Below are positions 12,977-24,675 of a stretch of DNA of 64,000 nucleotides, piece after piece. A program made the position numbers and the translations under genes. The notes below the pieces were generated by a model, which saw only the letters and a program-made list of their open reading frames with translations, made no database searches and was not told the DNA's origin. Source of the DNA: Raillietiella orientalis (Eukaryota); NCBI GenBank assembly GCA_036172245.1, contig JAYWIR010000013.1:2294001-2358000 (forward strand), written 5' to 3'. How positions within the stretch are numbered: the first letter of the stretch is position 1; each line of letters begins with the position of its first letter.

Positions 12977-14910
12977 AGTTCTTTATTGCACATTTACTAC
13001 AGAAAAAAGTCATACATGGATATTTCTTTAGTTACATAACCACCTGAAGATTAAACATTTCATTGAGAGTATGATTTTTTTTTTTTTTTTTTGTCTAAAT
13101 AATACCTGAATTCATCAGGCATACACAGTCTTGATAGGAAAGATACACCCAAATAATAATGATGTAAAAACAATACAATACAAATATATGCATATTTACC
13201 GATATCAAAAAAGTATTTTTCGAAGACTGAATGAAGCAACCTGTTTGGGCTTAAGAACTTCAATGCACACTCATGTAACCCATATAATTTGGAATCCTTC
13301 AACGGACAACAACTTTTCTACTCCCTGATTCGAAGTACATGCTTTTCCACTTAAGACAAAATTGCCAACTCAACACGTACTTACTAGAGTGCAATATGTT
13401 TACAATGATAATATTCTTGGTGTGCAAATTAATAATGTGTTCATTTTTCAGAAAAAGTTTTATTTTATATGCTGCTGTATTTCTACTAGGATTACTTATC
13501 ATGAATACTTATATTCGAAAATGCCACATAATTGCACTGAAAAATATACTTTTAATTGAGAAAAAAAAACATCTTTATCAATACCTTTTTATTTTATGGA
13601 ATACTGCTTTATTTATAAATATATAAAAAAGAAATGGAACAATTAGATTCTTTTTCATCAATTAGAGATGAAACATTCCGTAATTTTTTGTATTGAAAAG
13701 TTACCAACCAGGAGATGCAGCAGATACAAATTAATTAGTCTTGGTGTCATTATTATGGAATGATCTTTTTGTCTTTTAATGAAGATAAAATTAAAAGCTT
13801 TACATCCACTTATTATTTCCAACAGATTATTATTTTTACATTACGCTTTTTATAGTAATAATGTGTGTTTCCTTAATGTGTGCTACAGTGGCATTCTGTT
13901 ACCATTACATATTTACAATCACTGTTAAAGTAATTTTCATTACATAGACACTGTTCAGATACTGATTTATACAAAGTTTGAAAAAAATTCTAGTAATAAA
14001 ATAAACTTTTATCAAATAAACGTACCTAACTCATTATTTCCCTTACTTAAAAATACACAGAATTCCTAATTAGATATTAATGAAACATCGAAATCATGAA
14101 TATAATTTGGCAATTGGAATGATTCATTCAACGTTTCAAAAAAGTGAGAAAAAAGCTGTCATCAGATGCCAGCTGTGCAAGTATGCAGTTTTTCCTCATC
14201 TCATCAAGTTCGCTGAGGTGCAAAACCTATTAGTACAAATTATTAGATGCATTATGCAAAGATATTGTATATGGAATATATGTATACCGCAAGCTAGTTA
14301 TGTAACCTAAGTAGAGGAAAGGACAGCTATACAGCTATATCGATGTAACATTATGCTGATGTTTAGGAAACGTATTCCAAATTAATTCATTTGCTTTATT
14401 TTCTCAAAACATCCAATATCCCTAGAAGGATTTCTGAAAGTGGAGTATATTCTTAGTGTTTCTTCACCAAAGGTCATTTTGATTCTTTGGCGATGTATAG
14501 TGATTGAGCATTACAAGTTCAATTATATGCTTAACTGAAGGATTATCTTGGAACGTCGATAATCACAAATGATTATCTCATGAAATGTGCTGGATGATTA
14601 AAGAAATCCGAGTTTCATGAATGTGAATTATATTCCATTTGTGTTTTAGTTAGAATAAAGAAATCTGCATGAAGTATGCAATGAAGTCCAAATGTTACTA
14701 CATTTTTAGCTCTGTATTCAATTTCCTAGACATGTTTTGTGTACTGTTGTGCATAGTACGCGCAACTGTCCTACAAAGTTCTTTTCAAATTCGGATCGAT
14801 TCACATCAGTATTGTCTAGATAATGCTGTCAATTGTAATTTTAGTAATCGGACTCGTGACAAGAATCTGTTCAAGCAATATTAGGTGCAGCGGGCTGACG
14901 GAAGCACACT

Positions 14911-15277
14911 TTAGTCCAAACTCGTATACTTGGTCACAGCTTTCGTGCCTTCTGAGACGGTGTGCTTGCCCCCTTAGGTTCTCTGGCAGCAACAGGCGCC
15001 CCGCTGTCTGCACTTCCCGGGTGGTTATGGCGGTGCGCTTGTAATGGGACAGGCGGGATGCTTCGGCTGCGATGTGCCCGAAAATGCCATTCACGAAGCT
15101 CTTCATAAACGACATGGCCATGCTTGAGAAACCTGTATCCGGATGCACTTGCTTCAAGACCTTATAGATATAGATGGCATTACTCTCCTTCCTCTGTCGC
15201 TTCTTGCCTACTTGCATAATTTTCTTCTGAGCCTTGTCTGCCTTCGCTTCTTTCCCGCCACCAGACTTTAGAGCCAT
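14911..15277 (-). pseudogene. H2B: Histone H2B pseudogene (isolated orphon)
   Basis: [58 protein letters not shown] is clearly H2B. After LLLP the canonical tail [16 protein letters not shown] continues in another frame, ending at TAA 14913-14911. Several normally invariant residues are altered and no histone 3' stem-loop is visible. Confidence 0.9.
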
Positions 15278-18067
15278 CAAGAATCCGCACAGCAATACAA
15301 TTCATTGCACCTTCCAGACAGTTCAAATTTTTTGATTCTCAAAAAAGAAGTCATTTCTATGTCATTTTGTGAATTTAAAGTTCGCTATATCCATTTTTGC
15401 AAATGATGTGAAAATCATGAAAACCATGGTAATTATTCATCATCAAGCATATTGGTCACTCTTCCTGTCGGTCATATTGGGAATAATTCACCAAGTTTGA
15501 TGCATCACCAAAAGTTTTCTATAGAGAAAAGAAAATCATGCTATTTAATTTATTACAACTAATTGACGGACATTTAAGTCAAACTTGCCGTTACCTTGGA
15601 TCTCTGAAGGTAGTATTGCTTCCCAGGAAAAATTTTTATTTGATTCTCAATTTCATTCTCCTAGTTCATTTTTTCAGTAGCTTGAGCACATCAGATATTC
15701 TTTTCCCTTAACTTAAGACTTAGTGAATCCTCTGAGAGCTCCTATTTCTGTGTGCATGCATTCAACTTTCAGTATTTGTTGCTAAATCAATTAACGCCTT
15801 TTACTTCATAAAATAGAATTCGTAATAAACTTCCAATGTCCAAAACACGGGAAACCTAATGAAAGTATGTAACATGTCTTTGATATACACAATGCCATTT
15901 ACCAACTCCCAAATGTACGCAGTAATGTTTTCAACAGGCAACAACTAGCGTCTCCGTTTCCGTCCTCGACTGTCCTTACTCTAAGCTGTACACAGAAATG
16001 GATCTACTGCTAGTGTGTTTAAAACAAATGGCGAATTATAAAAAGATAGGGACAAAAAAATTCAGCGGAAAACAAACTGGCCACAAAGATATCTTGTCCG
16101 TTTTAAAATCACGTATATGGAATTTTTTAAAAAAGTTTTTAATTTTTCATTTGCTTTGGATTGCTAATGTTAAGTTTTCCATAAAATGCTGATTAACTAC
16201 AGTTCCAACGAGAGCAAGAACATTCGAGGAGCTTCTTGAAAATTATTGCTATTTATGTCTTATTATTATAAGTGTCCATCGAAGCCAATAAATGGCTCTT
16301 GGAGCCGAATGAAATTTTGCCCTGAGACAAACAAACATCAAGCAAATTGACTGAACCATTTGAGTCTGCATAATAACTTCTGGACAGTCATGCTCCAAAT
16401 AGTGCAAAAGCGCAGAATATTCATGAGTACATATCAACAGTATAATGGAAAAAACAAAATCAGAAATTATTTCCTCATGATGGGAATGCATGGGATTCGT
16501 TTCAATCCTGACTTGCCAAAGGTATAAACTGTTTCCATTTGAACACTGCCTATGGCGGACCTCAATCTTTGAATGTTTGAATTTAGGTTTTCAGCACTCT
16601 GAGAAAGAGTCAGAATGTGGTTTTCGATAAGATGTGAAAGCCCTCTGGAGTGTAAAACAATTTCTGATCGCAGTTTTATTTTTGTATGGCGCAACCGATT
16701 ACACACCTGGGACTTTAAGAATTTTTCGTTTTATATCAAAAGCAAAAGGTAAAACATACGGTTTAGTGATTCAAAATTCGAGGCTATTAAGTAACTTCAG
16801 TGCTTCATACCATGGAATGTGTGTGCTTTCTTTAATTTTATTCGTTTTTGACTTATATTCTCCAAATATGCGTCAACTACTTACCTTGAATGTCTTTTTT
16901 GAAGTACTCTTGCATCATGTGAGCAAACTTTTTGTAGTACTCTGTGATTTTGAGAATTATTGTTCCTATAAAGCAACTTTCTTGTGATTTATGGATATAT
17001 CGCTCAGAATTGATCCTCCCTTAGTTCTAGAAGAACTGATCTCACCGAAGTGTGGAACCCATGTGTTTTATTGTATGTGGTCTCAGATATTCGATGGTAA
17101 AAATTTACTGAACCATATCCGGATTATTAACAGTAGGCACTACAAAGTCAAGAAATGAAGTGATCTACTTAGTTGATTTCTTTCAGTATTAATCCACGAA
17201 GTTAAGCGGAAGTTTGTCATAGCTACAACTTTCCGACAGCCTTCTTCTTAGACTGCCAATTCATTTTAATATTCTTGGATACTCTTTTTAATAGCTTTGC
17301 GCACGGGCAATATCATAACTGAGGAGGCTTGCGGAGACGTGATTACTACTAGCTGAAACTTTAATACTCTTCACTGAGTTTCCTTTTATCAATGCATGCT
17401 TCAAACTCCGCTGGATGCACTGATTCCGCCACAAATCGATCTCGTTTTCCCCACGTAGTTTGCTAGGCCTGACTCAGTTTTGCCTTTATCGTGCATGCAA
17501 AGTCAGCACGAGCATGCCATTTTGGAAACCAAAGCAAAGCTAAAAATCACCCGATGCAAAAACCGCTGACTACTTTCTCCAATCACGGTTGTGTGTGAAG
17601 GTAAACTTTATATAGCAGTATTTATCGTAGGTGTTGAATCACTGAAAGTTAATTTTTACTGCATTATCATAATGTTATAGAGGTTTCCATCTCTCTCCCT
17701 TAATTTCACAAGTTTATTCTCTTGATTATGTATTATTTTTGTTAACATACGTATTGTTCGTATTCATGCAGCGTTAAAGTACATTGTTTGTGAAGTTACA
17801 GTTTATCATTATATTGGACTCAACTAATTGCATCCGTCTTTCGTAAAGTAATGTGTACTACTTAGGACTCGGAGCAGTTTATGGTTGATTTTCAAAATAT
17901 ATTGTTCTGTTTCAAATAGCTCGCCATTAATTTTTCATCATCATTTTAATGTTTTCCACAGTACAGGTACCACTTCCCCGTATATGATTCCAGGAATTTG
18001 CCCTAATAGACTTATATCCAAGTATTTCACTACTATCAGTTGATAATCTATTTGTTCCTATCAAGTT

Positions 18068-20531
18068 TCAGGAGTCTTTGTTTACTGCATGACGCTGAGC
18101 CACATTTTCACAAGCTTCTTCCCAAATTTTCTTTTTGGTTATAACCCACTGGCGCCAGCATTCCCGTAGTTGCTGGAGTTGTGCCTCCTCCTCTTCTTTG
18201 AAGGATAATATAATCTGCTGTTCATGCCTTGCAACTTCTTCTCGAAGGTCTATTAGTCGCTGTTGAAGCTTCTCTCTTTGTGCACATGCTTCAGTTAACT
18301 TTCTCTGACGTTCTTCTTCCTGTTTCTGAAGACTGTTTATTTCTTGTGCAGAACTATAAAGAAAAAATAAGTTATTCGTCAAAATAGTGAATAAATAATG
18401 CCTTTTGTTTCCATGCTTGAATTCTGCCACATCTTTCTCTAGCCTACACAACTCCAACTTCAAGTCATGTAGAACTTCCTGTTGCTGAGAATAGTTCATT
18501 TCTTGCTGCTTAATTTCATCAGTTGTTATTGCAATTTGTTTTTGTAGATTTTCATTCTTATCCAAGAGCTCTTTTTGCTCAATCTTTAATATCCTGATCA
18601 CATGCTATAAATTGGAATGACAGAATGCATGATGTACTCAATAGCCTTAAGATCCTCCTCATAATTCTGAACAGCTGTCTCAAGTGATGCTAAATTTTCC
18701 AATTCTTTGTTCTGCTCCTCATATAGTGAGATCATGTTCTTCTCTTGGATCTTGAGTTTATCCCTTAATTCTTCACATTCCTAAAAATTCTCGCAGAATA
18801 CAAGCATACAATGGACCTTTAATTACTTTGTACTCTTTCTCGAGATTTTTTACTAGAGTCTCTAGTTTTTCTGGAGAACTCACCAACTGTGAACGTTTCA
18901 TTTGATTCTTGCTGCAAATCTGAAGGTCTATAAGAAAGGCATTGGAAACTTATTCCAAAATATTCTTACCTTATTGAGTTCCACAGATAACTCATTCTTT
19001 TGTGCTTCCAATTCAGATGTTTCAGCATTAAGTTCCAAACACTGCGCATTAATTTCGTTTAATTCTATTTTTCTTTTTTCAGCTACTTCTGCATAGCTCT
19101 TCAATTCTTCTTTGATCTTATGATAATGGTGTATTACTTCTTATGTCTGCAAACACATACCTTATTGGTTTCTAGCAGCAACTCTTCATTCTTCGGAATA
19201 AGAATGTTTCTTTCATTCCAAAGCTGCTCTCTATCATGCTCATATTTCAAGTTATCTTCCTGCTTTTGATAAATGGCCAAGAAAACAGAATCTACAGTGT
19301 TTTTTGACTCAGTTACTACTTTATCTAAATGAATGAGCGCAGATATCTGACGACAAAATCGTTTGGCAACTGTAAAATGGATGTTATGAATCCCTTTCTC
19401 CCCCTTTTTTTGTCTTTCAATCATCACCAGGGTTAAGAATATCCAACAGGGTAAAATTCTTGATACCCAAGCGAGGAAGAAGTCCTTTTAACATTTGAAA
19501 TAATGCTAACTGTTCAGAGAGACCTTCATTACGAGACCACAGATGTTTGTCTTCAACACCAGCCTGCAAAGTAAATAACATGTAAGAAACATTTTATCAC
19601 TGCATAGCACAACACACACAAAAACAGGAGTATAGAATTAAGGAAGCACTTTGTGTAATATATTCCTATCAAATATTCAGAAAGCATTCAAACAGTTGAA
19701 GTAATAATAGTTCTTGTGATTTAACCATCAAGTTATTGGTTCCAATAACATTTTTAACTGCATCCCATAGATAAATATTCACAAGAGTATCATAGTCAGC
19801 ACATTCAACAAGTGCACAAATTCATGTATGTGTCTGCATATTCTGACTAGAGACAGAAGATAGAGCAAAATAGATTGAAAGAACACATTCTTACAATTTT
19901 CAACTACCGTAGTAACCCGAACTGATCAGATTTGTTATCATGTTTTATTTCAAACAAGAATAATAAAATTTGCAAATCCATGCTTTCTTTCTCAAGTGAA
20001 TCGCTTTTGCTTAGATCGAATCATGTAAAACTAGCACCACAAGATTAGAAAAACCCAAGCTGTGATGAAATAAGCGGCACATAGGAACTTTGGCAAATTT
20101 GCAAGATTGACTGTTCTTGAGTAATTTAACCTATTAGTGGATAACAACAGCAATCCAATTAACACAAAATAACTGCATAATTGCATCTTGCATTCAGCCA
20201 TAAACAGCAGACGATTGTAAAAACCTGTTAATAGGTAGAAACCTACATTCGATTATAAACTACTTGACAATACCTAACAAGTGCAAGCCAACCCACTGGA
20301 TGCTCATCAACTTACTTTCACGGTTGCTAAAATGCAACCATCGGGATCGAATCGTCGTGCAAAACAAGAAAATAACCTCTTTGCTAAGTTTACATCTGGA
20401 GACCGCAATTGGCTTTTCGTAACATTTTCGTTGCAAACATTTTTCATGTAATCGGCTATAACATTCTCGTCCAAAACTGGGTACAGGGTCTTAAGGGCCT
20501 CATTCTTTCGAAACGGGGTGTACTCCTCCAT
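18068..20531 (-). CDS. NUF2: Kinetochore protein Nuf2 (NDC80 complex), about 473 aa, 8 exons
   Basis: N-terminal CH-like region YPVLDENVIADYM..SQLRSPD; GIKNFTLLDILNPVAKRFCRQISALIH matches the Nuf2 DF..DIL.P..KR....S..I pattern; SQLVSSPEKLE followed by a long coiled coil. Exons: 20531-20316, 19563-19428, 19369-19161, 19116-18970, 18919-18827, 18780-18638, 18593-18402, 18353-18068. An in-frame upstream ATG also exists at 20684. Confidence 0.88.
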
Positions 20532-20556
20532 GTCGGATTGCAGACTGCCCTGCAGA

Positions 20557-20580
20557 TTTGAACGCGGGAATATGGCGCCA
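20557..20580 (-). promoter_or_regulatory. Putative E2F and CHR cell-cycle elements just upstream of the NUF2 ATG
   Basis: The + strand reads TTTGAA-CGCGGGAA-TA-TGGCGCCA: a CHR-like TTTGAA abutting an E2F-like TTCCCGCG (- strand) and a TGGCGCCA palindrome, in CpG-rich DNA. This fits DREAM/E2F control of a mitotic gene (inference). Confidence 0.5.
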
Positions 20581-20720
20581 TTTCCGCAACAGCTGGTTCT
20601 CTCCAAAGTCCTCCTCCTCCGTTCCTTTCGGTCACAACTCTTTTTCGTCTGGGTCCTCCAGAAATGGATTTCGAAAGAGCGCATATTGAAGACAGAATAA
20701 ATTTAACTTTCCGGCTTCCA

Positions 20721-20742
20721 CACACACACACACACACACACA
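20721..20742. repeat. (CA)n microsatellite in the NUF2 promoter region
   Basis: About 11 CA units read directly. Confidence 0.85.
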
Positions 20743-20801
20743 AATGCAGAAAGGAAGCTTTACGCATAACGTCGGAAGTCAACGAATGTGCATATGAAAA
20801 T

Positions 20802-20852
20802 TTGAAGGGAAAATTTTTCAACATTGATAATGCTGAAAAATTTTCCCTTCAA
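20802..20852. repeat. Inverted repeat, 24-bp arms, 3-nt loop, upstream of NUF2
   Basis: TTGAAGGGAAAATTTTTCAACATT-GAT-AATGCTGAAAAATTTTCCCTTCAA; one mismatch. Confidence 0.9.
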
Positions 20853-22691
20853 TTTCTCAGGTCCTCAAAGCTAATCCATATTGCCGTTTTTCGTGCGTAG
20901 CTTTCTTCTATTCAATGGGAATGTGGGTTAACAGACTAAACGCAATCAACATTTTATTTCCGACTATGAATCCTTTCTAAATTAGATTAGCAGTAGAAAA
21001 CAAAATACAGGTAGCATTATTAATCAAGGCAGTCTCTTTTTTTGGTATTTCTGATGTTTGATTTTACATCGAAGTCTGTGGACACTTAACATTTTCGACT
21101 TTGTTAACCAAATGATTTGGATACGTTATATCCTCCCATTTTTATTCCTTCAGTTCTTTCGCGTACTCTTTTTTTTATAAAGATTTTTTAATAAAAAGCA
21201 AAATTTTCGATTTTTAAGCAAATCATATATTTGTCAGCAGCTTAAGCTACTTACACCTACTGTGTAGTTTTCAGCAGCAGAATTCCTGTAAATATTGAGA
21301 TGCATACGTCCCAAACATATTGATGCATTTCATCCTTAAACGTGAACTTATACTGAACTATCACTAAAAAAGCATCGATGCTTTCACGCACATACCAAAC
21401 TGTTATTCGAAGAATATCTTGCTTGACAGCTCTGTTCAGCACTTCTAAGAAGCCCTCCTTTTACACATATGGTAGTACGTTATGTCACTTTTTATTTCCT
21501 ACCATACGTAATTCACTCCTAAATGATCTTCTGGATTACTGCTTACGTTGGTTCTCAATTCATTGTGTTGCTTTCGTAAATTTGCTGCATCCAATACACA
21601 ACATTTTTTTTTTTTTTTTCTTAATCATTCTCTTATTCAGGATATGTTGCACGTAAATTGTGATATACGCTAACAAATTACAAATGATTCCTTGCACATC
21701 TTCAGTATGAGAAGAATCACTTGAAGCATACAGAATGTCTGTCTGAGCTGGCAAAGGTGGCAATCTTTATCATTTATTCAGGATCGAAAACTTTGCAGAA
21801 CGAATAATTTTGCTGGCAACACCACGGAATGTGCAATTTGACTCTTCAATGTCGCTGCGATGCTGATGGGGATGTGCACTGCTGGTGGAGCACATTGTAA
21901 GATAGGATGAAAAGCAGCAGGGATGTGGGTTACTGTAAGATAGGATGAAAATGGACAGTAGTGGGGATGGTTTCCCATTTCTCACAACAGGGCAAAGCAA
22001 TACTATTTTCCAGAATGTTCTTTGGAATCACAAAAGCACTTACAGAAAGCAGGAAACTTTGCATTGTTCAACACTTATTCTTTCTCTTCTCATAATTTTT
22101 TTTTTTCCTTCAAAACATCATAGGTGCCTTCCGGTACAGGAGCTGGATTTCTTTGCAGCGTAGGAACTCTTGAGTCTTTTGGGATAAATGTTCCAACTTT
22201 CTGCCACTTTTGACAACGATTCCAAGAACTACTTCTTGATGTGTTTGTTTCTCTTGAAGGTTTAGTTAGAAAAGTTCCATCTCCTGAGAAAAGTTAGCTA
22301 TGCTTATGACAAAGAGCTCCAGAGTAAAACCGAATTCAAGGTTGACTGACTGGGCAAGGACCCAAGAGAATCAATAAAGGAATTAAACACTACTGAACAA
22401 TTGAAACTAATGGGCAGCCACAGCACGAACCTGCTTCCGAAAGCGACTCCATAATGAATTTTGGATTTTTTCGGCAGACGAGACAGCTTCAGATACTTAA
22501 GCTTTCGGTCTCCAGTTCATGTGTAGCAGTTTCCAGAGATGAGACCATTCCTGGATCGTATTAGTATCCAAAAAATAACCTATTACTTGCAAATTCAAGT
22601 AATAGGTTACTTATTTTCTACTTGAAGCGTGCAAACTTTCGTGTTTCGATTTTCGGATAGAAAAACAAATTGCGAGTGTGTTCTTTGCTTC

Positions 22692-23150
22692 CCCTGTTCC
22701 GCTCCAGGACGTCTCCATCCCAGCCTGCACCGAAAGAATCCGGGATCAGGTGCACCAAAATGCAGCCATCGAGCGAAGAGCACGAGAGGCTCCTTGGAGC
22801 GAATTGGCTCCGGTAAACCACAGTCCCGACTACTTTCGATCCTATGTGACGGTGTGCTCCGCCAGAAGCCCACATCCCCATCGGCGACGCGGTGCCTCCT
22901 TACGAGCCGCCGCCGCCGACGACGACGACCGGCACCGCCACCAGGCGGATTTCGCTGCTGCTTGCAGGACGACTGCACCCGGCTCCCAAGTGGAGGATTC
23001 ATACTGTTTTTGCTTCTGCTGGTGAATGCTGTTCCTGGGGCCTGTGGAGTGTTTCCCGTCCGCGCTCCCGAAACCCGCCATGTTCTGGAGGCTGGCAGTG
23101 GACCCGGAGCCGAGACATCACCGGAAGAGATCGAAACGCGAGATGCGTTT
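22692..23150 (+). repeat. Dispersed repeat module A, copy 1 (459 bp)
   Basis: Aligns without indels to the reverse complement of 40333-40791; about 14 substitutions counted by eye (about 97% identity). Confidence 0.95.
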
Positions 23151-24467
23151 GTGAGTTTGCAGTTCTTCAACGCCATGTGGCTCTGCTGTGCTTCCTTCGC
23201 GGTGCTGTTCATTTGTGGCTGGGCTCGGCATCTAGCGAGCAGACGGCTAAACACTGGAGGAAGTGGGGGTTACTCATCCAGACTCCCTGCATCCTCTGTG
23301 CAGTTTGTCAGCATGATGACATGATGTTTCTTTCGTGAGTGGTGAGCATCTGAAAAGATCCTGGCGGCCATGCTGCTTTTATGAGCCCCTCGTCACTAAA
23401 GTTTTCCAACTTTCCTGCAGTCCTTCGGTTCTGTTTCCAAACATCTCTGTAGCATGAGCTGTGATCGTACTCGTACGCTTCCTCGGGCAGAGACGCTACC
23501 CCTCCATCATGCTTCCACACCGGAAGTCTTCGATGGTCTCGGGAACAATGGATCAAGCTACACTACTTGATTTCCTGCATATCCGTTTAGATCCAGGAGG
23601 AGCTGGCGGGTCGGTCCAACGATTGCTTCCAGAAATGAAGTGAGACAGGGTCACGCGCCCGAAAGCATTGTGTCCAGCACTCTGGTCCTGATATCAGAAG
23701 GCGCTGCTGCTCTCTGATCAGCCACTTTAAGAAGGCGGCGCACCCTAGGGGAGAGATCTCGACCTCCAACCCGGCATAGAGTGGCCATTGCAACCTCGCC
23801 CCTTCCTGAGAGAAAAGAATCGCGTAAGCGCATGATGGTGTTGGACTCACGCTGCCCATTCGAGGGCTTACCGTCGGCGTCTAAGAAGGCGGATGAAAGA
23901 GTGGAATGGAAGCGTTGAAAAAATGAGCTCTTTCCTGTTCACTCCCAGGAGCCCAAAAGTTAGCATGCTAATAGTTGGCTCATTGGGACATTGAGGTTTT
24001 GAAGCAACGATCTACTTCACGGCTTGGAGATCCCTAGACCTTGTGCAGACCAGTTTCGTAAGATGATGGTGTAGTCCTCCGGTGTCCAGCACAGTAGGGG
24101 TGTCTACAGAACACACCACTACCTGGATACCTTCAGAATCACCAGGCACAGATCTGTTCGCTTGAGATGCTTGAAGACAAGGGCCCACCTCTGGCTCCGA
24201 GAAGCCCCGCAGTTCCACCAAATTGCAGCTTCGGCGCAGCGATGAAAGCTGCTGGTGCTTCTCGCAAGGCTGCGGGTTCAAACTACGGACGAGCCCCCTC
24301 TTAAACGAGTCGCTCCTCACACCGTGGAACACTCCTACCTTTGAACACCCTCCCTGTAGCAGTCCTTCGTCATCCGCATTGATCACACCTTCGTGTTCTC
24401 GAAGTCGTGTGCCAAAACGTCTGTTTCCTTTGAAAGGTGAAATTCGGGAGTTGTCTCAGGAACGGTT

Positions 24468-24675
24468 AGAATCGCATTCTTGATTTTGTTTCGTCGAGCG
24501 CGCCGCTGAGCCAGGGAGCACTTTCTTGAGCTTCTTTTCCCAGAGGAGCAACAGCTGGCTTAAGTGTAAAGGTAACCATGGGCCCGAATGCGCCTTTGGG
24601 ACACGTTGTTATGCCTATCAGAATGGACCGTTTCCTTGGATTCCTAGTCGACAGAAGTGTCTTCTCCCTCCATTA
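24468..24675 (+). repeat. Dispersed repeat module B, copy 1 (about 205 bp, diverged)
   Basis: Shares the blocks CAGAGGAGCAACAGCTGGCTTA, TAACCATG, GACCGTTTCCTTGGATTCCT/GACCCGTTTCCTTGGATTCCT, TCGACAGAAG and CCCTCCATTA, in order, with the reverse complement of 41216-41417. Confidence 0.85.

Noticed and set aside
18928..18969. 42-nt version of NUF2 intron 4 using the proximal TAG
   Set aside because: It causes an early stop; the CAG at 18920-18921 restores the conserved SSPEKL frame.
21897..21952. Direct repeats as a CRISPR-like array
   Set aside because: Only two units in eukaryotic DNA; a simple local duplication.
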